Shown here piece by piece: positions 17,394 through 26,379 of a stretch of 64,000 nucleotides of DNA. The stretch is from an uncultured Gemmatimonadales bacterium (GTDB lineage Bacteria > Gemmatimonadota > Gemmatimonadetes > Longimicrobiales > Longimicrobiaceae). The notes beneath the pieces were generated by a model. The model saw only the letters and a list, made by a program, of their open reading frames with translations, had not been told where the DNA came from and made no database searches. A program made the position numbers and the translations under genes. The number at the start of each line of letters is the position of its first letter. The stretch's first letter is position 1. The stretch covers positions 1,184,001-1,248,000 of the forward strand of contig OY970303.1 of the NCBI GenBank assembly GCA_963716255.1, given 5' to 3'.

Positions 17394-17786
17394 TGGGACA
17401 TACTCGTGTGTCCCGGGACACACGAGTATGTCCCAGCTAACATCTTGTCAACCTGGCGTTTAGATACTGTGGGACACACGGGACATACAAATTACTATTT
17501 TGATTAGGATTTAGATTGTATATACCAAATGGTTAATATACTCAGGGGAGATAGCTGAATATCTATATAGGATTCGGATTTTGTGTGTCCCGTGTGTCCC
17601 GGCCCTCTCCCGGGGGGCCGTAAGTTGTGGGTTGGGAACGACTTGCCCCGGGACACACGGCCCGTCTTTCTGTGTGTCCCGCGTCTGTCCCGCTGTGCTC
17701 CTCGTGTGTCCCGCCCCAACGCCGTTGTACCCCGGAGGGGGCCGCATACCCCCCGGGGGGTCACGGGCCATGCTTCCGGGTGTCCC
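17394..17786. other. Putative replication origin: 9-bp iterons flanking an AT-rich unwinding element
   Basis: About 13 copies of GT(G/A/C)TGTCCC in both orientations; AT-rich 17489-17582; perfect 42-bp palindrome at 17394-17435; upstream of the primase-helicase. Confidence 0.78.
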
Positions 17787-18492
17787 GGTTCCCCTCGTGC
17801 CGGCCTATCACCTTGTGAACGCGACGGACGCGACCCGGCGCGGCTCATCTCATACCCCCAGCAGTACCCGGTGCGCTTGCCCGTGCGCCACCTACCGCCG
17901 ACCAGCTCCCCCTGGCCGGGGGTAGTCGTTTGTATACCCTGCCCCGCTCCGACCCCGCCCGAGCAGCACCAATTCCCTTATGCAATACAACGCTACTATT
18001 GCAGGCAAATGCTTGCGATCCGGATTTATGCAACTGATCTGTGCAAACTGTGCAACCTCTTTCCTGTGTGATTTTTAGGGATGATTTCCGATCTGTGCAC
18101 GCACGGACCCGACCTTACATACGATCGCCACCTGGAAACACGCAGCGGAGAAAGCGCGCGAAATTGCACCCAAACGCTGTTGTATAACACAGTTAGTACG
18201 TCTCCGGAGCGATTGCTTGCCCCCGGGGCGGCGTGCATCTTCCTCCCTGCCTTCCTCGCGTCGCGGCGAGGTTGGCAAAGGGGACCGGAACCCCTGTAGC
18301 TGCCGCAAAAGGCGTTATTGCGGCGGCACTGTTCGGGTTCTGTCGGTTCAGGTACCGTTCCCCTCGTTGTTTCGTGCACGGGCAATCACAACTCGCCGCC
18401 GTACCCTGCTGGCCTCCCCCTGTCGCGGGTGGCGCCAGCGCATAGGATCGAGCGGCCACCGGACGCAATGCGCGTCCGGCCGGGGAATCGTA

Positions 18493-20970
18493 ATGCCGAA
18501 TCCGGCTCAGTCAGCGGCACCCGCCGTGGCCCCCCTCAACAGCAGTACCCCGCAGCAGCTCCACCCGGCCTACCAGCTGGAGGGGGCCTTTCCGCGTGCC
18601 CTCGTGTCCGTGTGTCCGCCGGACGCTCCGGTCTACTTGGACGATCCCGCGCTCTTGAAGGAACGCGGAAAGGCCCCCGCTCGTGCAAACGAGCAGGGGC
18701 GATTTTTCGCGTACGACTGCCACAAGCTGGAGGTCAGCGCTTCCCAGGTGGTCAAGTGGAACGCGAGTCTCGGCGCACACCTCGGCCGTGCCGGGTGGGC
18801 CGTGGTGGATATAGACGTGGACACAGCGCGCCTCTCGGATGGGATCAGCGTAAGCGCAATCGGAGAGCTGGGCGACGCGCCCGTGCGAACGTCGAACGGC
18901 GCCCGCCTAATGCTGTTCTATCGCTGCGCCGAACCGATCCCCTACCGCAAGCTTGTCCTCCCCTCCCTCGACGGGCGGGCGCAGCAGGTGGAGGTGTACA
19001 GCGGAGATCGGCAGGTGGTCGTTCATGGCAAGCACCCGTCCGGGCGCAACTACGGGTGGAGAGGGACCCCGGTCTGGTCATGGAAGCGTGAAGCGCTGGC
19101 CGAAGTGACCGCGGAGCAGATCGACACCTTTCTGCCCGGCCTGGTGGAGAAGCTGGGGCAGGCGGGAGTCAAGGCGTCGCTCGGCGGGCGCACGGCCGCC
19201 CGCGCCGCGGCCCCTCCCCCGCCGCAAGAGGATCTGCGCGCCCCGTCGATCGACGCGCTGCGCGGCCTCCCGCTGCCGCCGAACCCGCCGGAATTCGGCT
19301 GGGACGACTTCGTGCGCCACATGTACGCTTATCGCGCGGCGGGCGCCGACGATCTCGAAACGGCGCGCGAGCTGTTCGACGCCTGGGCAGCACAGCACCC
19401 GCGGTACGATTCCGACGTGGTCGACGTGCAATGGGGCAAGGTCGAGCGCGTCGACGATGCCCGCGTGGGCTGGTCCTGGCTGGCGGAGCAGGCCGGATAC
19501 AACACGGCGCAGGACGAATTCCAGGCGGACCCGTCGCTGGCCGCGGCGTCGTCGCGGCCCCCTCCGCTCGTGATCGACCCCGCCGACCCGCTCGACGCGG
19601 CGCGTAGGATTGTTCAGCGCTTCTACTTCGACACGGCGGAGGGCGTCCGTACGCTGTACAACCGCGGGGGCGTGTTCTGGAGCCACGAGGAGGGCGCATA
19701 CCGTGAGGTGCGTTACCACGCAATGCGCGCTCGTGTGTGGGGGCATCTGGAGCACGCGGTGAAGGCCGCGGGGGACGGCGGGCGAGTCAAGCCGACAGTG
19801 GCGCTTGTAAGTGCCATCCTTGACGCCATGGGCTCGGCGGCCTTCCTCTCTGAAAAAGTGGAGGCGGGCGCCTGGCTTCACCAGCTCCCCGGCGACCCCC
19901 CGGCGAAGGAGTTAATCGCCGTCCGTAATGGCCTCTTTCACATCCCCACACGGAAGGTTTACCCGCACACACCGCGGATCTTCCTTCAGCATAGCCTGCC
20001 GTTTGACTTCACCGGCAACGAGCCGTCCCCCAAAGAGCTGCACAAGTTTTTCGACGGGGTTTGTCCGGGCGAGTGGGCCGACCAAATCCCACTACTGCAA
20101 GAGTGGGCGGGATACTGCCTATCCGGTGATACCTCGCTTCAAAAAGCCCTAATGCTGATCGGTGACAAACGATCCGGCAAAGGGACCTGGGTGCGGCTGC
20201 TGGAGTGGATGCTAGGCCGTGAAAACTGCTGCTCCCCCACGCTCGCCGGGCTGGGGGACCGCTTCGGGCTGGAGCCGCTGCGGGGTAAGCTTCTCGCGAC
20301 CGTACAAGATGCCCGCTTTCAGCCGGGGCGCGGTGGGAACGCAAGGACCGTCGAGCGCCTGCTCTCCATAACGGGGCAGGACAGCTTGACAATCGACCGA
20401 AAGGGAGTCCCCGCAATCACCGAAACCCTTGCGGCCCGGATCGTGGTTGTTTCCAACCTCATGCCCCGTTTCGACGACAGCAGCACGGCGCTCGCGAGCC
20501 GGTTTCTCTGCGTGCGGTTCCCCGTCTCTTTCATCAACCGAGAGGATCCGGGTTTAGGCCACCGTCTGCGCCAAGAGCTTCCGTCAATCATGGCGTGGGC
20601 CCTTGAAGGGCTCGCCCGGCTCCAGGCCCGGGGGTACTTCGTCCAGCCTGCCAGCGGGGCGTCGACTGCTCGCGATCTGCTGGAACTTAGCTCTCCAATT
20701 ACTTGCTTCCTCGACGAGGAATGCGAGCGGGGGGCCGGATACGAGGTATCGCGACCAAAGTTGTACGCTCACTGGCAGGCCTACTGCCACGAACGCGGCG
20801 AGTACCCGGGAACGGCTAACGCCTTCGGCGCGGCGCTGAAGGCGGTTATCGGGGATCGCACGCGGTCACACCGGGCCGCCGATGGGGGCAAGGTGCGGTA
20901 TTACGTCGGGGTGCGCATCCGCCAGGATTTCGACGAGTTCGATATCCCAGGCACGCAGGAGGCGAGTTGA
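18493..20970 (+). CDS. Primase-polymerase / D5-SF3 helicase replication protein (P4-alpha-like architecture)
   Basis: Prim-Pol motifs (AVVDIDVD, QVVVHGKHPSGRNYGW), PriCT-like middle, D5_N-like (IAVRNGLF...YPHTP), SF3 helicase (LQEWAGYCL, LIGDKRSGKGT, LRGKLL, VVSNLMPRFDD...SRFL) and a C-terminal winged-helix-like region. Start at ATG 18493 preferred over the ORF-track start. Confidence 0.9.
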   Translation: MPNPAQSAAPAVAPLNSSTPQQLHPAYQLEGAFPRALVSVCPPDAPVYLDDPALLKERGKAPARANEQGRFFAYDCHKLEVSASQVVKWNASLGAHLGRAGWAVVDIDVDTARLSDGISVSAIGELGDAPVRTSNGARLMLFYRCAEPIPYRKLVLPSLDGRAQQVEVYSGDRQVVVHGKHPSGRNYGWRGTPVWSWKREALAEVTAEQIDTFLPGLVEKLGQAGVKASLGGRTAARAAAPPPPQEDLRAPSIDALRGLPLPPNPPEFGWDDFVRHMYAYRAAGADDLETARELFDAWAAQHPRYDSDVVDVQWGKVERVDDARVGWSWLAEQAGYNTAQDEFQADPSLAAASSRPPPLVIDPADPLDAARRIVQRFYFDTAEGVRTLYNRGGVFWSHEEGAYREVRYHAMRARVWGHLEHAVKAAGDGGRVKPTVALVSAILDAMGSAAFLSEKVEAGAWLHQLPGDPPAKELIAVRNGLFHIPTRKVYPHTPRIFLQHSLPFDFTGNEPSPKELHKFFDGVCPGEWADQIPLLQEWAGYCLSGDTSLQKALMLIGDKRSGKGTWVRLLEWMLGRENCCSPTLAGLGDRFGLEPLRGKLLATVQDARFQPGRGGNARTVERLLSITGQDSLTIDRKGVPAITETLAARIVVVSNLMPRFDDSSTALASRFLCVRFPVSFINREDPGLGHRLRQELPSIMAWALEGLARLQARGYFVQPASGASTARDLLELSSPITCFLDEECERGAGYEVSRPKLYAHWQAYCHERGEYPGTANAFGAALKAVIGDRTRSHRAADGGKVRYYVGVRIRQDFDEFDIPGTQEAS

Positions 20971-21686
20971 CGGCCCCCACCGAGCGCGAGCTGGCGCTCA
21001 CGGCCAGGGCCGGCGACCCCGCCGCCCTGGAGCGCCTGGTCAAGAGCTTCCGCCGGCGGATCGAAACGTTGGCGCTGAAGATCGCGAAGCACGACGGCGA
21101 CCGGCGCGCCGATCTGGAGCAGGAGGGGCTACTCGCGGTGCTGGACGCGCTGCCGAAGTGGACCCCGGACCGCGGGGAGTTCGGAACGTTCGCGCATAAG
21201 ATCGCCGGCCGGGTCATGCGGGAAAAGAATTACCAGATTGTAAACCCCGTGGGCGGCTCACGTTGGCGCTACAAGACCAAGGCCGCACCGCTGGAACGGG
21301 CGGGCCTGCCCGGGGACGGACCGGGCGAGAGAGCGGAAGGGGCGGGGCCGCGTCGCGGCGGCAACCCGCTCGCGGTCGAGTCTTTCGAGCGGGAAACGGA
21401 CGCACGGGTCGACGTGGAGCGCCTTGTCGGGCTCCTCGACCCGGTGGAGCAGGCGCTCGTGCGCGCTCGCTTCGGGCTGGGCGACGGCACGCCCCGCAGC
21501 GTGGAACAACTCGCGGAGGAATTTGGGAAGGGGTCCGCGAAAACGGTGCAGCGTCGTCTGCGCCGGGCGCTGGACCGTATGAAGAGCGCCGCGACCGCGG
21601 CGCCAGGGCCCCGGGACGGGGAGAGTTCCCGGGAGCCTTCCACCCGCCGGCCTGGCCGGCAGAAAAAAGGTATGAGCCATGAGTGA
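20967..21686 (+). CDS. Sigma70-family RNA polymerase sigma factor
   Basis: Region 2 (AGDPAALERLV...ADLEQEGLLAVLDALPKWTPDRGEFGTFA) and region 4 (LDPVEQALVRARFGL...SVEQLAEEFG...VQRRLRRALDRMK); TTG start overlaps the primase stop. Confidence 0.85.
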   Translation: MTAPTERELALTARAGDPAALERLVKSFRRRIETLALKIAKHDGDRRADLEQEGLLAVLDALPKWTPDRGEFGTFAHKIAGRVMREKNYQIVNPVGGSRWRYKTKAAPLERAGLPGDGPGERAEGAGPRRGGNPLAVESFERETDARVDVERLVGLLDPVEQALVRARFGLGDGTPRSVEQLAEEFGKGSAKTVQRRLRRALDRMKSAATAAPGPRDGESSREPSTRRPGRQKKGMSHE

Positions 21687-22440
21687 TCGCACGCAGGGAA
21701 CACCGGAGACGCCGGGCGAGGACCTGGCCGCGCAGGTGCAGCGGCTCGCCGCCAAGGTGGCGGAGCTGGAAGGGCGGGAGGCGGACCGGCTCGCGCGGCT
21801 GGAGGAGTATTTTTCCCTTGTCCGCTCCACGGACGAGGTGCTGGCGGAGGAGCGCACCGCCGCCGATCGCGGCGCGCTCCAGGGGGCCGGAAACGAGTTT
21901 GTGAGCCTGTACCGGCACGTGCAGGGTGTGGAGCTGCGCCTACAGACGGAGGCCGTGCAGGGCTCGGCGGCACTCCGCGGCGAGGTGCTGCGGGTGCTCC
22001 AGCGCGAGACGGGCGCGGTTTGGGCGGAGTCGGAAGGGGCCGGGGCTGCACGCGACGTGCTGCGCCTCTACCTGGCGAATTTCCAAGGCCTCGTGCACGT
22101 GGCGCTGGAGCAGATCGTCGAGAACCAGCGCGCTCTCGACGAGGTGTGGGCGCATGCGCACACTACCCGGGCGCTCCTGCTGGCCCGGGAGGTGGGCGTC
22201 GACGCTGCAATGGCGTACCTGGCCGAAACGGAAGCGGCTCCCAAGCCGGCAGACTTCCGCGGGGTGCAGGACCCGGGCGGCGGCCTCTTCGGTTCGGACG
22301 TGCTCCGCGATCTCTTCGGGGGGTATCCTGTCCCGGAGCACGAGCAGGGGGAGGAGCCGGAGCCCCCGGTCGAGGGGGACGAGTGGAAGCTCGGCGGTGC
22401 GGTGCAGGATAGCGACGCCTGGCGGGACGGTGACGCATGA
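21679..22440 (+). CDS. Hypothetical helical protein
   Basis: 253 aa, overlapping neighbours at both ends, acidic C-terminus. Confidence 0.7.
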   Translation: MSDRTQGTPETPGEDLAAQVQRLAAKVAELEGREADRLARLEEYFSLVRSTDEVLAEERTAADRGALQGAGNEFVSLYRHVQGVELRLQTEAVQGSAALRGEVLRVLQRETGAVWAESEGAGAARDVLRLYLANFQGLVHVALEQIVENQRALDEVWAHAHTTRALLLAREVGVDAAMAYLAETEAAPKPADFRGVQDPGGGLFGSDVLRDLFGGYPVPEHEQGEEPEPPVEGDEWKLGGAVQDSDAWRDGDA

Positions 22441-22784
22441 GCCCCGCGGTAGAGGGGGCGCTCCTGTCGGCGCTCGGCGGGGATCGTCTCCCGCTGATTC
22501 GTGCCGTGCGGATCCTGTACGCTGATCCGGGCGCGTTCGTCCGCCAGTGCCGCGCACGGCTGGAGGCGGGCCACGTCACGCAGGCGGAGCTGGCGCGCCG
22601 TGCGGGGATCTCCGCGCCGAACCTGAGCAAAACGCTCATGTTACACGAGGCCCCGCAACTGGAGCGGATGATGCTCCTGGACGAGGCGCTGGCGGAGATC
22701 GAGGCGGACCGGGCGGCCGGTCGTCCCCCGGTGCGGGGGCCGCGGCCCCTGTTCGCCGGAGAGGGGCGGGGGCTGAACGTTTAA
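22437..22784 (+). CDS. XRE/Cro-type helix-turn-helix protein
   Basis: VTQAELARRAGISAPNLSKTL; ATGA overlap; ends 13 bp before the att arm. Confidence 0.8.
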   Translation: MSPAVEGALLSALGGDRLPLIRAVRILYADPGAFVRQCRARLEAGHVTQAELARRAGISAPNLSKTLMLHEAPQLERMMLLDEALAEIEADRAAGRPPVRGPRPLFAGEGRGLNV

Positions 22785-22797
22785 ACGCCCGTTACAA

Positions 22798-22824
22798 GGG
22801 GTCTCTATAACACACTTATAGGAT
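22798..22824. other. Right attachment site (arm GGGGTCTCTATAACACACT-TAT plus core AGGAT)
   Basis: Inverted partner of 7381-7399; comM homology resumes at 22820. Confidence 0.9.
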
Positions 22825-23475
22825 GTTGTGGCTCCCCGCCGCCGCCACCTCCAGCGCGCGCTTGACGTGGTCCTGCCCCTTCACGTCCGCGAAGTCGGCG
22901 TCGTACGCCGAGGTGGTGCGGAACAGCGCCTCCCGGTCCACCGTGGCGACGGGAAGGTCGGACGAGCCTTCCATGAAGCGCACGACCTGCTCCAGCGTCG
23001 CCGCGCCGCGCACCTCCAGGCCGTCCACGACCGCGGCCTCCGCCACGTTCGACTCGGGCACCACGATCCCCGTCAGCCCCGACTCGCGCGCCCGCAGCGC
23101 GATGGGGAGCGCCCCGCGGACCGGCCGCACTCCTCCGTCCAGGCTCAGCTCGCCCACCAGGGCGAACCGCTCCAGCCGCTCCACGCAGCGCATCTGCCCG
23201 GTGCTCGCCAGGATGCTGACCGCAATCGGCAGGTCGAAGGCGCTCCCGCTCTTGGGCACGTCCGAGGGGGCCAGGTTGATCGTGATGCGCTTGGGCGGGA
23301 TCAGGTAGCCGCTGTTCTGCACGGCCGAGATCACGCGCTCCCGTCCCTCCTTGACCGCTCCCTGGGGGAGACCCACGGTGGAAAAGGACGGCAGTCCGCT
23401 GGCGACGTCCGCCTCCACGATGACCGGATAGGCGTCGACGCCGAGCACGGCGCCGGAAAGGGCACGAGCAAGCAC
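22820..23475 (-). pseudogene. comM: comM/yifB, 5' portion (interrupted)
   Basis: VLARALSGAVLGVDA...GLPSFSTVGLP...VKEGRERV...RITINLAP...GSAFDLPIA...GELSLDG...DFADVKGQDHVKRALEVAAAGSHNIL, then an element-derived TAA. Confidence 0.95.
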
Positions 23476-23956
23476 GGGAAGGAGAGGTGGGGGGGAGGGA
23501 GGGGTGCACGGAGCGCGCGGACGGAACGAGATCGCCGCCGCACGCATCCCATCGGGGGCTACACGGTGGAGCCCGTGCCGTCGGCCAGCCGGACACGGGG
23601 AGGAGTATCGGCCGGCCGGCGGACGCGCTGGAGCCGGAAGGGAACCAAGGTCCCGGCGAGGGTCCAGGCCTCCACACCAGACCTTGTTTTCGGCTTTTGT
23701 TCGGTTTAACTTCGGTGCGGGAGCCAAAGCCGCTCCCGACGCAAGCTTCACGCACTCCCGCAGTACCGAGGCATGAACACCCTGGCGGCCCGGCAACGTC
23801 TTGCGGCGAAACGAGGTGCCCCCGGCCGGGGGCCGCCAGCGGGCGCGACCCCTGGCCCTGGCGCGGACGGCCAGTTGGCGACTCCACTTGTGGACATAGC
23901 GGCCGGCCTCTATTATTGCGCGTGTACTCACAGAGATAGTTTACGTAGAGCACAAC

Positions 23957-24388
23957 GTGCTCCCCGACACCCCTGCGACGGAGGCCTCCATGGCCGGCCG
24001 TAGCAGGGGTCTGTCCCTTGCCGTCCTGCGGCAGGCCCTGGAGCGCTGGGTCGAGAAGACCTCGCTGCGCCAGGCCGCCCGGGAGACCGGCATGAGCCCC
24101 ACGGGGCTGCGCAAGGTGCTCAGCGGCTCGCGCGTGCACGCCTCCACCGAGCGCAAGCTGCTCACCTGGTACCTTCGCCACCTGGCGCAGCAGGGCGACT
24201 GGGGCGCGCTCGACGCCGACACGGCCGCCGCGGCGCTGGCGCTGCTCACCGAGGGGCTGCTGCCGGGGACGCGCAGGTCGCTGGTGAGCACCTTCCTGGA
24301 GCGCATCGAGAAGGCCTACCGGGACGCGGGCCAGGTGGTGCCCCCCTGGGTGCAGACGCTGCGGAGCGAGGCTCCCGAGGCCGAGTAG
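23957..24388 (+). CDS. HTH-domain protein
   Basis: TSLRQAARETGMSPTGLRKVLSG; host-like codon usage; start uncertain. Confidence 0.7.
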   Translation: MLPDTPATEASMAGRSRGLSLAVLRQALERWVEKTSLRQAARETGMSPTGLRKVLSGSRVHASTERKLLTWYLRHLAQQGDWGALDADTAAAALALLTEGLLPGTRRSLVSTFLERIEKAYRDAGQVVPPWVQTLRSEAPEAE

Positions 24389-24535
24389 CCGCCGGACGAG
24401 AACGGGACGCGCGACGAGAACGGGGGCCCCCGCCGGGGCTCCCGTTTCCCGTTTCCCGTTGCCCGCGCGTGGGCCGGCGCCTATTCTCTTCGCGGGGAAC
24501 GGGCGCGGCGCGAACGGACACACGGAGGCAGCCAC

Positions 24536-25192
24536 ATGTGCGGACGCTACGGCGAGACGGAGGGCGCGGAGACCCTGGCGAGGCGCTTCAACGCGGCGCT
24601 GCGGGCCCCGGCAACCGAGCCCCGGTACAACATCGCTCCCACGCAGCACGCCCCGGTCCTCACCCTGGAGGACGGCGGGCTGAGCCTTTCGCTGTACCGC
24701 TGGGGGCTGCGCCCGGGCTGGGCAAAGGACAAGGCCCCCGAGCCCATCAACGCCCGCTCCGAGGACGCCGCGGCAAAGCCGTACTTCCGCGCCGCCTTCC
24801 GCTCACGGCGCTGCCTGGTCCCGGCCTCCGGCTTCTACGAGTGGCAGAAGACCGCCGACGGCAAGGTGCCGCACTGGATCCACCGGGCCGACGGCGAGCC
24901 GCTCACCTTCGCGGGGCTCTGGGAGGTGTGGGCGCCGCGCGACGCCGAGCCGGTGCACTCCTTCTGCATCCTCACCACCACGCCGAGCCCGGTGATGAGC
25001 CCCATCCACGACCGCATGCCCGTGATCCTGGAGGGCGACGCCCGCGACGCCTGGCTGGACCCGGCCGTGTCCGCGTCCGACCTCCAGGCGCTGATGCGGC
25101 CCTGGGACGGCGAGCTGCAGGCGTACCCGGTGTCCACCCGGGTCAACTCGCCGCGCAACGACGGGCCGGAGCTGATCGAGCGGGCGGGTTGA
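24536..25192 (+). CDS. SOS response-associated peptidase (SRAP/YedK/HMCES family)
   Basis: MCGRY, PRYNIAPTQ, INARSE, RRCLVPASGFYEW, IHDRMPVIL, VNSPRND. Confidence 0.95.
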   Translation: MCGRYGETEGAETLARRFNAALRAPATEPRYNIAPTQHAPVLTLEDGGLSLSLYRWGLRPGWAKDKAPEPINARSEDAAAKPYFRAAFRSRRCLVPASGFYEWQKTADGKVPHWIHRADGEPLTFAGLWEVWAPRDAEPVHSFCILTTTPSPVMSPIHDRMPVILEGDARDAWLDPAVSASDLQALMRPWDGELQAYPVSTRVNSPRNDGPELIERAG

Positions 25193-25211
25193 ACTGCAAC
25201 TGCTACTGGAC

Positions 25212-25356
25212 GGCGGGGTTCGGACGTGTCCCCGGCTGGCGCCGGGGTCGGGCTGCGGCTCCGTAAGCCCGCAAACAACGCGGGCCAACGGAGTCGAGCC
25301 CCCGCGGAAACAGCCCCGCGGGGTCTCGCCCCTTCGGGCCGGCATCCCTCACGCGA
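25212..25356 (+). repeat. Intergenic structured repeat family A, copy 1
   Basis: CCCCGGCTGGCGCCGGGGTCGGGCT...CTCCGT...ACGGAGTCGAG...GTCTCGCCCCTTCGGGCCG...TCCCTCACGC; matches the copies at 29083, 29411 and 61766. A partial inverted copy lies at about 25878-25918. Confidence 0.9.
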
Positions 25357-26033
25357 GTCCCGCTCGGTAGCCAGTTCTCCCGCGTCGTAGCTGACGACTG
25401 CCCATCCGTCAGGCCGGTACCGCCGGCGTACTCGCCTCCAGCCGCGTCCCACCCACATACAGTCCCGCTCCCAACGTGAGCGCGGCCGCATCCACCATGG
25501 CCGGCCGAAGGGCCCTCACCCGGGTCGCTGGAGGCTCGCCACCCGGGTCCTTCATCCGGTTCACGCGAAGCGTGAAGCGCCATCCTGGGAGAGGGGGCCA
25601 AGAGCGGTGTGCTTCGGCGGGGTCCGGTGTTCGTGGTCGGCCGGGGGAGGCTCCTCCGGCAGTACGAAACCCGAAGGAACTCGCCAGAGCACTCGCCCGA
25701 CGCCCGAGTGAAGGCGGGATCACGCCGGCTTTGAACAAACGCACCGCCTGCGGACCCTCCCCCGACCTCCCGACGCAGATCCCAGGAACTTCAACGGCCC
25801 TGTCGTTGTCGTGCTCCCCCTCCCCCAGAATTGGGGGAGGGGGCCGGGGGGAGGGGGCCCCCAGCGGACGCCAGCTCGAAGCCCGGCCCCGGCGCCAGCC
25901 GGGGGCACGCCCGACCCGCGCTCTTCCGTAGCAGTCCAACGATCCCGGCGCAAACGAGATCCTTGCGCGGGGCGGTGGGCCGGCGTAATCTGTTCCCCGT
26001 AACATTTCCGGGGAACGATTCCGAGGAGCGACG

Positions 26034-26366
26034 ATGGCCCGCGAAGATCTGCAGCTGCTGCAGGGAACGCTCGACGTGCTGGTGCTGAAGACCCTGTCGT
26101 GGGGGGCGCGGCACGGCTACGAGATCGCCCGCTGGATCAAGGACACCACCGACGCCGAGCTCCAGGTGGAGGACCGCGCGCTCTACGTGTCGCTTCACCG
26201 CATGGAAGAGCGGGGCTGGCTGGAGTGCGAGTGGGGAATGACGGAGAACAACCGCAAGGCCCGGTACTACCAGCTCACCGCCGAAGGGCGGAAGCAGCTC
26301 GCCGCGCAGACGAGCACGTGGGCGCGCTACGCGGCCGCCGTCTCCAAGGTCCTTCAAACCGCCTGA
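26034..26366 (+). CDS. PadR family transcriptional regulator (Acidobacterial type)
   Basis: LLQGTLDVLVLKTL...HGYEIARWI...LYVSLHRME...NNRKARYYQLT. Confidence 0.93.
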   Translation: MAREDLQLLQGTLDVLVLKTLSWGARHGYEIARWIKDTTDAELQVEDRALYVSLHRMEERGWLECEWGMTENNRKARYYQLTAEGRKQLAAQTSTWARYAAAVSKVLQTA

Positions 26367-26379
26367 GGGGGAACGAGTC

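Larger units (their letters stand above)
7376..22824. mobile_element. ~15.4 kb serine-integrase element inserted in comM; putative phage satellite
   Basis: The comM halves rejoin in frame ([19 protein letters not shown]) across the AGGAT duplicated at 7376-7380 and 22820-22824. The interior holds an integrase, primase-helicase, sigma factor, HTH and virion-type genes. Confidence 0.93.

Noticed and set aside
17394..17786. CRISPR array
   Set aside because: The repeats are 9 bp, in mixed orientation and irregularly spaced; no cas genes.
16349..18470. Protein-coding genes (for example a small terminase) in the element's central gap
   Set aside because: The ORFs lack RBS, motifs and protein-like composition, and the region is dominated by repeats and AT-rich tracts. 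A short real gene cannot be excluded.
7376..22824. Complete prophage or ICE
   Set aside because: No recognisable capsid, portal, terminase, tail, lysis, relaxase or T4SS gene, and only 15.4 kb between intact att sites. A deletion remnant is not fully excluded, but the open, coupled ORFs argue against it.
23957..25192. HTH and SRAP genes as cargo of the element
   Set aside because: They lie outside the right att site, beyond the comM 5' half, and have host-like codon usage.
25660..25760. Possible DUF559/endonuclease gene remnant (ELARALARRPSE)
   Set aside because: Similarity is too short and no catalytic motifs follow.
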